This document shows, one piece after another, positions 47,645 through 55,394 of a stretch of DNA of 64,000 bases. The number at the start of each line of letters is the position of its first letter. The first letter of the stretch is position 1. The translations under genes and the position numbers were made by a program. The notes below the pieces were generated by a model. That model saw only the letters and a program-made list of their open reading frames with translations. It did not search any database and was not told the origin of the DNA. Source of the stretch: Candidatus Latescibacterota bacterium (lineage in GTDB: Bacteria > Latescibacterota > UBA2968 > UBA8231); the NCBI GenBank assembly GCA_007136405.1, contig SLHA01000132.1, positions 3,814-67,813 of the forward strand. Direction: 5' to 3'.

Positions 47645-47688
47645 CGGTACGCCGCCCCCCGAACCCGGATCCCCGCGGCCGCGTACCG
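47645..47688 (-). other. Long GC-rich hairpin in the spacer between the acyl-CoA dehydrogenase and ETF-QO genes
   Basis: cggtacgc (47646-53) pairs with gcgtaccg (47681-88). A further gccgc/gcggc pairing lies inside the loop. Confidence 0.5.
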
Positions 47689-47694
47689 TGCAGT

Positions 47695-49791
47695 TCAGGC
47701 AGGATAGTCCAGAGCTTCCGGGATCATGACCCGGCTCAGCGCCGTTGCGGCACGATCCTTGGCCAGCCTGGATCCAGCGAGGCTCCGGTCGAGATGCAGG
47801 CGAAGGCGGTCGAAGGACTCGTCCGGCGTCGCCCCGTATCGACTCCCCTCTGCCGCCTGGCCTTCATAGCCATATACCAGCTCTGCACAGATACGGCCGA
47901 CCTCACCCGCGGCACGGGCCGCTTGCACGTGGCATAGATCCCGCATGAACTGCAGGGTGCCGGGAAGCCCGGAGGCGACGACGGGATGCTGTTCGCCCTT
48001 GTTTGACAGTTCGGTCACATCCAGAACCATCTGATGGGAGGCCAGCAGCCAGCAGAGCGCGTCTGTCATGGGGAAGGTCACGCCGTGACGCTGATCCCGG
48101 TAGAGTTTGTGGCCGTCCGCGTCCAGGGTCCCCTGCAGGTATTGCAGGGACCAGTCCCACAACTCCATGGCGGCGGCCAGCGTACCGGCGCCCATGGCCG
48201 GACCGTTCGGCATGGCGCTCAACTCCCGGATCCACCCACGAAACTGTGCCAGGAACAGCGCATTGGTCATGGTGATGCTGAGCTGCCGTCGCTGCACTGC
48301 CTCCGGTCCCTCGTAGGTGGCCTCCAGTTGAGCGTCCACCCACTTCTGCGGCAGAAACCCGGGACAGTCCTCAGTGACCCCGTATCCTCCCATGAGACTG
48401 ACGGCCTCGCGCATCATGTTGGCGCCGTAGCCGGTATTCCACAGTTTACAGGCCGGACACAGAACCTGCGCCAGGGAATCCTGCACCAGGAACTGGATCA
48501 GAGGATCGCCTTCCAGAGCGGACAGGCGTTCGTCGTCTGCGCCGTGGCCGGCCGACTCTATCAGCTCCAGGTATTCCAGCGCGCGTGTCTGCATTTTGCG
48601 CAGCGTCCGGAACTGGGCCCGGGCACCCCGGATTCCCTGAGCGGTCAGGGTCTGGTTCTTCTGCTCCTCCAGAGGATCGTAGCGATCGAACAGCCGTGCC
48701 GCGGCAAAAACCAGGGATGCGGCCGCCTCACCCGTAGCCCAGACATCCACCAGTCTTTGCAGCGAATCTTCCTTCATCTGCAGCCCCAGATCGTGCCGTG
48801 GCGTTCCCGGTGTACTGTCCCCGCCACGGAACCGGGTCCGCTGGTAGCGGATGATCGGTTCCACGGCGGACAGTAATTTGGCTGCGGACATGGCTCCGAC
48901 GGTCACCCGGGTACGCTGGAAAACGGCCTCGATCACCTGGCCATGACTGAAACGGGGGACGATGACGCCGTCGACGATGTCGTAGCCGCCGACGATGCGG
49001 TTGGCCGGCACTTCCAGGTTGAAGACGGGATCGCACGTGGACGACAGCTGGTGCACCAGCTTCTGGGTGGGCGCGCCGCGATCGTAAGTTCCCGGATCCG
49101 TCTCTTCCAGGATCACCATGCAGCTGCCCTTGATACGGTCATCGTCTGCATCCACAGCGGCGACGACGAAACTGGCGAAATCCATGTTGGTAATGAAGCG
49201 CCCCCGTTTCTCCACCTGCAGCACGGGCTCCTGACCGTCTTCCCATGCGGCTACCCGTATTTTCCCGCCCAGCACCCCGGTGTCCACGCCGACATACGGC
49301 AGCGGTTCGGTCAGACAGAAAGCGCCGCGTTGGGGGCCGTCTGAATTCGCCGGGGAAGGAACGCAACGGCTCATATACGCTGTCCGCTGTTCGTCCGTAC
49401 CGCGTTCGTGTATAGGCGACAGCGCCAGATTACCGGCCAGGCTGCAGGTTGCGGCACCACCATCCACCCATCCGAGCTCGAATGCGATGAGGGCGACGGC
49501 CAGATTTTTGGGTCCGGCAATGAAGCCTCCCAGCTCCGGTTCCATGAAGGCGGCGGTGAGACCGGCCGCGTCAAAAGCGGCAAGTAACTCGTTCTTGGCC
49601 TCCGTCCACTCGTGGTTGTTGCGCTCCCCCGCGGCGACCAGGCGAGCAACCGGGCCACGAGCCACGCCGCGTGCCGACTGCACTGCCATTTGCAGGTCGA
49701 ATCGTTCGGCGAACCGCCACATGATCTGGCGCACCTCGTCGCCGGGCAGTGTCTGCAGTACGGGAGCGGTCTGGCTGTCGCTGTTCGTCAT
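47695..49791 (-). CDS. Acyl-CoA dehydrogenase family protein (long form, about 700 aa)
   Basis: ACAD-like core: GAFCLTEP...GVD, then GRFITNMDFASFVVAAV, then KGSCMVILEE. Start set at MTNSDSQ (ATG 49791). Confidence 0.7.
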   Translation of the reverse strand: MTNSDSQTAPVLQTLPGDEVRQIMWRFAERFDLQMAVQSARGVARGPVARLVAAGERNNHEWTEAKNELLAAFDAAGLTAAFMEPELGGFIAGPKNLAVALIAFELGWVDGGAATCSLAGNLALSPIHERGTDEQRTAYMSRCVPSPANSDGPQRGAFCLTEPLPYVGVDTGVLGGKIRVAAWEDGQEPVLQVEKRGRFITNMDFASFVVAAVDADDDRIKGSCMVILEETDPGTYDRGAPTQKLVHQLSSTCDPVFNLEVPANRIVGGYDIVDGVIVPRFSHGQVIEAVFQRTRVTVGAMSAAKLLSAVEPIIRYQRTRFRGGDSTPGTPRHDLGLQMKEDSLQRLVDVWATGEAAASLVFAAARLFDRYDPLEEQKNQTLTAQGIRGARAQFRTLRKMQTRALEYLELIESAGHGADDERLSALEGDPLIQFLVQDSLAQVLCPACKLWNTGYGANMMREAVSLMGGYGVTEDCPGFLPQKWVDAQLEATYEGPEAVQRRQLSITMTNALFLAQFRGWIRELSAMPNGPAMGAGTLAAAMELWDWSLQYLQGTLDADGHKLYRDQRHGVTFPMTDALCWLLASHQMVLDVTELSNKGEQHPVVASGLPGTLQFMRDLCHVQAARAAGEVGRICAELVYGYEGQAAEGSRYGATPDESFDRLRLHLDRSLAGSRLAKDRAATALSRVMIPEALDYPA

Positions 49792-49814
49792 TGCGTCTGC
49801 TATCCCTGATGGAT

Positions 49815-49826
49815 GTGAGCGCTCAC
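49815..49826. promoter_or_regulatory. Perfect 12-bp palindrome GTGAGCGCTCAC, 24-35 nt upstream of the acyl-CoA dehydrogenase start
   Basis: Read directly. The sequence is its own exact reverse complement. Confidence 0.45.
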
Positions 49827-49842
49827 CCCGCGTGGTCCGCCG

Positions 49843-49870
49843 AATACGTGCCGTATAATACGTGCCGTAT
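49843..49870. promoter_or_regulatory. Perfect 14-bp tandem duplication (aatacgtgccgtat x2); each unit is itself an ATACG-N3-CGTAT inverted repeat
   Basis: Copies at 49843-56 and 49857-70, 52-79 nt upstream of the ACAD/ETF operon start. The junction creates TATAAT on the plus strand and TATTAT on the minus strand. Confidence 0.5.
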
Positions 49871-50091
49871 AGGGTTCCCAATGAAACATCCGAACGCGGG
49901 GTAGTGTGCGGCGACCCGAAGCGTGTTAAAATACGAGGTATACAGCACGCTGCAAACCGCGGCGACCAGCCCCAGCCACATCCACCGGGCGGGAATGGTC
50001 GACAGCGGGGGGTTCCTGCCCACCGGAATACGGTGCGCGAAGCCGGGCCTGAGGCCGTACCGCACCGAACGGCAACCCGCCGGACGGCGCC

Positions 50092-51117
50092 TCAGCACTC
50101 GGAGAGTTCGACGCGGCGCTTCTCCCGCATACTGCGTTGCACCGCATCCGTGAACGCCATGTATTTCACCCCGTCGGCAAAACTCGTTCGCGTTACCGGC
50201 TTGCCGTCCCGGATGGCCTCCACGAACTCCTCTTCCACCCGCCAGCCGCCTTGTTCCGCCTCCGGCACCACGAACTGGCGCAACACGGGGTCGTCCGCAC
50301 CGGCAATCCAGGCTTTGCCCGCCTCCAGCTTCAGCGTCCCCTGGGTTCCGTGAAATTCCAGCGCATCGCCGGTTCCGTGGCGGGCAACACTGCTGAAGTG
50401 GTATAGGGCCGTGGCACCACAGCGCATCTCCGCGATGACCCCGAGGCTCTCCGGCACGTCTGCCGGCAGCCGCGTGCCGGTCTCCGGATCCAGACGTTCG
50501 GGAGTGAAGATCCGTCCGTGTGCCATCACCGCCAGTTCGTCACCGGCATACCGTCGCACGGTCTCGTTGAATATACCCAACGCCATGATGTTGTTTCCGG
50601 ACAACGCGCGCCGCTGTCGCCAGTGCAGAGGCGCTCCGGGATCGAAGCTTCCACCCATGCCCCGCAGATGGATTTCCAGCCAATCACCGAAAAACCCCTC
50701 AGCCACGAGGGTCACCAGCGCGGGTTCGGTCTCCAGGTACATAGGTGCGGGAACCACCATAGCCACCGTGCCTGCGGCTTCCGCGGCAGCCAGCATCTGT
50801 TTGGCTTCCGCCAGATTCATCGCCATGCGGGCCTCGGTGAGGACGTGCTTGCCGGCGCCCAGCGTCTCCAGCACCACCGGGCAGTGCATGTACGGCCAGG
50901 TGCCCACGCACACGGCGTCCACCTCATCCGCGTGAACCAGTTCGCGCCAATCCGTGTAGACCCGGGGGATAGCGAATTCAGCGGCCACACGCTGTCCCGA
51001 TGCCTCGCTGCGGTTACACACAGCAGTCACGGATACGCCCTTTATATGCTGGAAACCCGGAATATGCCGCGAACGGGTATTGGCGCCTGCTCCCACGACA
51101 CCGATTCGGAGTGTCAT
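50092..51117 (-). CDS. Gfo/Idh/MocA family oxidoreductase
   Basis: Rossmann N-terminus MTLRIGVVGAGANTRSRHIPG. AGGAGG lies upstream of ATG 51117. Confidence 0.85.
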   Translation of the reverse strand: MTLRIGVVGAGANTRSRHIPGFQHIKGVSVTAVCNRSEASGQRVAAEFAIPRVYTDWRELVHADEVDAVCVGTWPYMHCPVVLETLGAGKHVLTEARMAMNLAEAKQMLAAAEAAGTVAMVVPAPMYLETEPALVTLVAEGFFGDWLEIHLRGMGGSFDPGAPLHWRQRRALSGNNIMALGIFNETVRRYAGDELAVMAHGRIFTPERLDPETGTRLPADVPESLGVIAEMRCGATALYHFSSVARHGTGDALEFHGTQGTLKLEAGKAWIAGADDPVLRQFVVPEAEQGGWRVEEEFVEAIRDGKPVTRTSFADGVKYMAFTDAVQRSMREKRRVELSEC

Positions 51118-51162
51118 GCTATATCCCTCCTGACTCAGGACCGCCGCCAATAATCGGCGATC

Positions 51163-51190
51163 CTGCAAGGTCGACGCTGCAAGGTCGACG
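51163..51190. promoter_or_regulatory. Perfect 14-bp tandem duplication (ctgcaaggtcgacg x2) upstream of the Gfo/Idh/MocA gene
   Basis: Copies at 51163-76 and 51177-90, 46-73 nt upstream of ATG 51117. Each unit carries a GTCGAC palindrome. Confidence 0.45.
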
Positions 51191-51236
51191 ATTGTATGAC
51201 GAGTATCGTGCTAACCTACCAGCCGAGTGCCGGGTG

Positions 51237-52709
51237 TCAACGGTTCCATTCGTAGAGGCCCGGCCGTGCCCGGACATATTCCTGCGGGCCCCGGTGGATG
51301 GCTGTGGCGCCGCCCGAATCGACCTCGATCAACTGCGCCGATACCGGTTCGTACGCAGCCCGGGGCGCGACGGCCCCCTTGGCCACCAGTATCTTCTGCT
51401 GGTGCGGTTGGATGCCGCAGCAGGTGATCTGGTGAATACTGTTCGGCGAGCTGCGGTTGGAGTTGAGCACCAGCAGCCCGCCGTTACCCTGTTCCTCGCG
51501 TCCGACGGCGACGACCGCGGTAAGCCCCTGGTCGAAGAAACGGCCGCCGCCGTGGCGGCGTTCGGTTTCCTCGTAGGAACCGTCGTGCAACGTGCGCACC
51601 GTTCCCGCGACGGTCAAGGTCGGCCCGTGCATGGAGTCGGTCTTTCCGCCGGCGTCCAATCGGACGGAGGCACCGATGCCGGCCTCTGCGCAGCGACCGG
51701 CGGCCTCCGGATCCCACAAAGTCACCACCCAGCCATCCGCCTCCTGCGCCAGCAGCTGCTCCAGTATGAAAGTGGAATCCCCCGCCGACCCCCCGCCGAT
51801 ATTGTCGCCGAAATCCAGCAAGGTGACCGGACAAGAAGATGCCGCCCTGGCCTGGGTGACAGCCGCGGCGGGAGCCGGGATGCGCACGATGAGTTGCTCG
51901 CGCCTGTCCCACATCCGGCGCCCGAGACGTTCGGCTTCCTGTCGGGCCCGCTCCGGATCGCCATCCGTCACTACGACGATGGAGGGTCCCATGGCCGGAA
52001 CGTCGGCGTACTGATATCCTGCCGCCACACTGCAGGCCAGGATGCCGGGTTGTTCCTCCAGGGCCCGCGCCGCCGCCATGAGGGGCGCCATCGGTGGTCG
52101 CGAGGTATTGTGAAAATAGATATTGAGTACCAGCTCGGGTTTGGCCAGGGCGCTGACCGGCCGAACCTGGCCGCGACTGGTACGGGCGGCGATGCCTGCG
52201 GCGCGGAGGCCGCGTTCGCGCTGGTCGACATGAGGATTGGTCTGGTACACGACCAGGGCATCGGCACGGTCCACCAGGCTGGCCGGAATGTTGGCATGGT
52301 AATCGTGAGTGACGACAAGCGGGCAATCCGGCCCGATGGCCTCACGCACGCGCCGGACCGTCTCCGCATCCGCTTCCGGGTACGACTCCGAGACCATAGC
52401 GCCGTGCAAAGCCAGCAGCACTCCGTCCATCCCGGGATTCGCCTTCAGCGCCCGGATGATCCCGCCGGTGATCTCCTCGTATGCAGCCGCGGTCACGGTC
52501 CCGGACGGAGTGGCTTCGGCCGCGACCAGGGGTAACGGCTCGAAATCGTACTCACCAGCGCCGGCTATGAACCCGGCAATCTCGTGGAAGGTCTCCGCGT
52601 AGTGCTGCAGCAACTTTTCTCCCGAATGGACCCGGAACTGCGCCATACCGGTTACCTGGGAGGCGAAAGTGTTCGATTCATGCAGAAATCCGGCTATGGC
52701 TATACGCAT
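51237..52709 (-). CDS. MlrC-like (M81 family) protein
   Basis: N-terminus MRIAIAGFLHESNTF is typical of the MlrC N-domain; a C-domain follows. The alternative start at 52739 adds 10 aa. Confidence 0.75.
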   Translation of the reverse strand: MRIAIAGFLHESNTFASQVTGMAQFRVHSGEKLLQHYAETFHEIAGFIAGAGEYDFEPLPLVAAEATPSGTVTAAAYEEITGGIIRALKANPGMDGVLLALHGAMVSESYPEADAETVRRVREAIGPDCPLVVTHDYHANIPASLVDRADALVVYQTNPHVDQRERGLRAAGIAARTSRGQVRPVSALAKPELVLNIYFHNTSRPPMAPLMAAARALEEQPGILACSVAAGYQYADVPAMGPSIVVVTDGDPERARQEAERLGRRMWDRREQLIVRIPAPAAAVTQARAASSCPVTLLDFGDNIGGGSAGDSTFILEQLLAQEADGWVVTLWDPEAAGRCAEAGIGASVRLDAGGKTDSMHGPTLTVAGTVRTLHDGSYEETERRHGGGRFFDQGLTAVVAVGREEQGNGGLLVLNSNRSSPNSIHQITCCGIQPHQQKILVAKGAVAPRAAYEPVSAQLIEVDSGGATAIHRGPQEYVRARPGLYEWNR

Positions 52710-52987
52710 GGAGACGTTTCCCTGGTTTACGGTGGACATGGCACTGCCTGCCCATCAATCATATCACCACGGACCGGCGGCGGCAACATGCGCCGCAGCG
52801 GTGTCCGGACCTGGTGATCTGCCTGAGGCCCGGGCGACAGCCGCGCAGTCGGTCCCCTTTGCCGACGTTACCGGAAACAGCTTCCGGACCGCTGGGTCAG
52901 CGCCTTCTCTTCTGGTTTGCGCCGGTATTGCCTGCGGCCTATCATAATCCACTGTTCGCATCGACTCCGTCCCATGTCCTGCTGCCC

Positions 52988-54094
52988 ATGACTGCTGCCA
53001 GCCACCCCCCGCAGTCGCGTGTCCTCTTCCTGACCCGCCGCTATCCGCCTTCGGTGGGAGGCATAGAAACCCACTGCTATCATTTGTATACCCGCCTGCG
53101 TCAACGCACCCCTGTGCGTCTGATCGCCCTGCGCCGCAGCAGTCTTGTTCACCTCGGGTGGTTCCTGCCCCGTGTTTTCGCCGGCGCCGCTCTTGCTCTG
53201 TTGCGGCGCCAGGTCGATGTGGTCTATTTCAGCGACGGCGTGGTGGCGTCGCTGGCCCCGGTGTTGCGCCAGCTCTTTCCGGGAAGGCGTTTCGTAACCA
53301 CTATCTATGGACTGGAGTTCACGTACCCTCGACCATGGGCCCGCCGCCTCATGGTCCGGGGTGCGTCGAGCTGCGACCGCGTCGTGGTGATCAGTCGTAA
53401 TACGCAACGTCTTGCCCTGGATCTGGGCCTGTCCGAGGTGAAGCTGCGCATCGCCTACCTGGGCGTGGAACCTACAGAGCTCCCGGCCAGCGTGCAGCAG
53501 GAATTGCAGCAACGCTTCGAAAACCGGCACGGCCTGCACTTCGGGACGCAGCGGATACTGTTCAACTTCGGACGCCAGATCCGTCGCAAGGGTATCGTCG
53601 AGTTCCTGCAGCACGGTATGCCGCTACTCGACCCGGACATTCGGCTGATCATCGGCGGCACGGGCCCGCAGCTGGCCCGTATACGCCAGCTCGCCGCCGG
53701 CGCCCAGCTGCGGGATCGCGTCTGCGTGGCCGGCTTTCTGCCGGACGATGAACTCGCCATGTTACGGTCCTGCGCGGATCTGTTCATCATGCCCAACATC
53801 CGCGTTCACGGCGATGTGGAGGGCTTCGGGCAGACTCAGCTGGAATGCATGCATGCCGGCACGCCTGCGGTGGCTTTCGCTGTCGATGCCCTGCCCGAAA
53901 GCGTCCGTGAGGGCGGTTACCTCGTTCCGGCGGACGATTACCGGGCATTTACCGGTCAGATCCACGCGTTTTTCCGGCTTTCGCCCACGGAGCGCCGCGC
54001 CAAGGAAGAGGAGGCCCGCGCCTATGTCCGGCGTGAATACAGCTGGGACAATACGGCAGAGCAGTACCTGCGCGTGTTCGCGGGAACCGATTGA
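52988..54094 (+). CDS. Glycosyltransferase family 4 (GT-B fold)
   Basis: Start at MTAASHPPQSRVLFLTRRYPPSVGGIETH. C-terminal EGFGQTQLECMHAGTPAVA contains the EX7E motif. Confidence 0.8.
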   Translation: MTAASHPPQSRVLFLTRRYPPSVGGIETHCYHLYTRLRQRTPVRLIALRRSSLVHLGWFLPRVFAGAALALLRRQVDVVYFSDGVVASLAPVLRQLFPGRRFVTTIYGLEFTYPRPWARRLMVRGASSCDRVVVISRNTQRLALDLGLSEVKLRIAYLGVEPTELPASVQQELQQRFENRHGLHFGTQRILFNFGRQIRRKGIVEFLQHGMPLLDPDIRLIIGGTGPQLARIRQLAAGAQLRDRVCVAGFLPDDELAMLRSCADLFIMPNIRVHGDVEGFGQTQLECMHAGTPAVAFAVDALPESVREGGYLVPADDYRAFTGQIHAFFRLSPTERRAKEEEARAYVRREYSWDNTAEQYLRVFAGTD

Positions 54095-54187
54095 TTCAAC
54101 GGGTATCTACCGAGCCACAATCCCATGGCGCAGCGGCACGCATGCTGCGCCGGACCCGACGACAACGATCAAACGGAAGGGAACATC

Positions 54188-55063
54188 ATGGAGCTGAAGG
54201 AGCAGGTCTTCGAGGTAAACCGGGCCAATTTCGAGGAACTGGTGCTCCGGGGCTCGCAAGAGCGCGTCATCGTAGTGGATTTCTGGGCCCCGTGGTGTGA
54301 TCCGTGCCGCACCCTGGGCCCGGTCCTGGAGGAGGTGGTCCGCGCCCTGGGCCCCGGCATCGCCCTGGCCAAGGTCAATGTGGACGAGAACCAGGAACTG
54401 GCGATGGCGTTCCGGGTGCAGAGCATCCCCGCGGTGAAGATCGTCAAGGACGGCCAGCTGGTCCAGGAATTCTCCGGCGCCCAGCCCAGGGAACGGATCG
54501 AAGCCCTGCTCCGTCCCCTGGTTCCCGTGGCACCCGTCAAACCGGAAGACGAGCTCAGGGAAACAGCCCGCAATCTGGCTGCCGGCGGTGACACCCGGCG
54601 AGCCGCCCAGGCGTACGAAAAAATCCTGGCCGATCGACCCGATGACGACGGCGCCCTCCTGGAGCTGGCACGCATCCGTCTGCAGCAAGGCGACACGGAT
54701 GCCGTGCAGCAATTGGTGGACCGGATCGACGAGACCGCGCCGGAGTTCCGGGCAGGCCAGGCGCTGTTGACTTTGATCGGCTTTTCCCGGATCTGCGCCG
54801 AATACGGTGGCCGTACCGCCGCCGCCAGGAAGATCCTGGCTGCACCGGAAGATATGGACGCCCGGTACGCCTTTGCCTGTTGCGCGGCGGTGGAAGGGGA
54901 CTACGAAACAGCGCTGGCGGACTGGTTGCGTATCGTGGAACAAGACCGCGACTACCAGGATGGCGCCGCCAAGGATGCCATGGTCGCAGTCTTCCATCTC
55001 CTCGGCCGCGACAACGAACTGGTAGCCTCATACCAGCGCCGCCTGTACCAAACCCTGTACTGA
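54188..55063 (+). CDS. Thioredoxin-domain protein with C-terminal TPR-like region (YbbN/CnoX-like)
   Basis: Start at MELKEQVFEV. Thioredoxin motif WAPWCDPC, followed by helical repeats. Confidence 0.85.
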   Translation: MELKEQVFEVNRANFEELVLRGSQERVIVVDFWAPWCDPCRTLGPVLEEVVRALGPGIALAKVNVDENQELAMAFRVQSIPAVKIVKDGQLVQEFSGAQPRERIEALLRPLVPVAPVKPEDELRETARNLAAGGDTRRAAQAYEKILADRPDDDGALLELARIRLQQGDTDAVQQLVDRIDETAPEFRAGQALLTLIGFSRICAEYGGRTAAARKILAAPEDMDARYAFACCAAVEGDYETALADWLRIVEQDRDYQDGAAKDAMVAVFHLLGRDNELVASYQRRLYQTLY

Positions 55064-55344
55064 ACGCTGTCGACTGAACGCCAGCGACCCGACCCATACC
55101 GGATGCCCGGCCCATAACGGATACCCGCCTGGATGCCTCTCCTCCCCAGCCGCAGGAGCGGGGCCCCCGGCCGCCCCGCTCCGTTGCCCTGACTCGGCTG
55201 ATCCGATCCGGCCGCCCGGCTCCGATGCGCTCACCCGGTGACGCCGACCTGGCTGCTTTGATCTGGCGGCGGATCCGCAGTCCCCTACCGGAAAGCAGCC
55301 CGCCCTTGCGGTCGTCCATCTCTTGCCATATAGTCTATATCAAG

Positions 55345-55358
55345 ACTGACCGGTCAGT
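55345..55358. promoter_or_regulatory. Perfect 14-bp palindrome ACTGACCGGTCAGT, 37 nt upstream of the ABC exporter start; candidate operator
   Basis: Read directly. It is flanked upstream by the AT-rich ttgccatatagtctatatcaag, a local AT island in a GC-rich spacer. Confidence 0.5.
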
Positions 55359-55394
55359 TCAATTTCCACAGGCCATGCAAGGGGATCGGCGATT

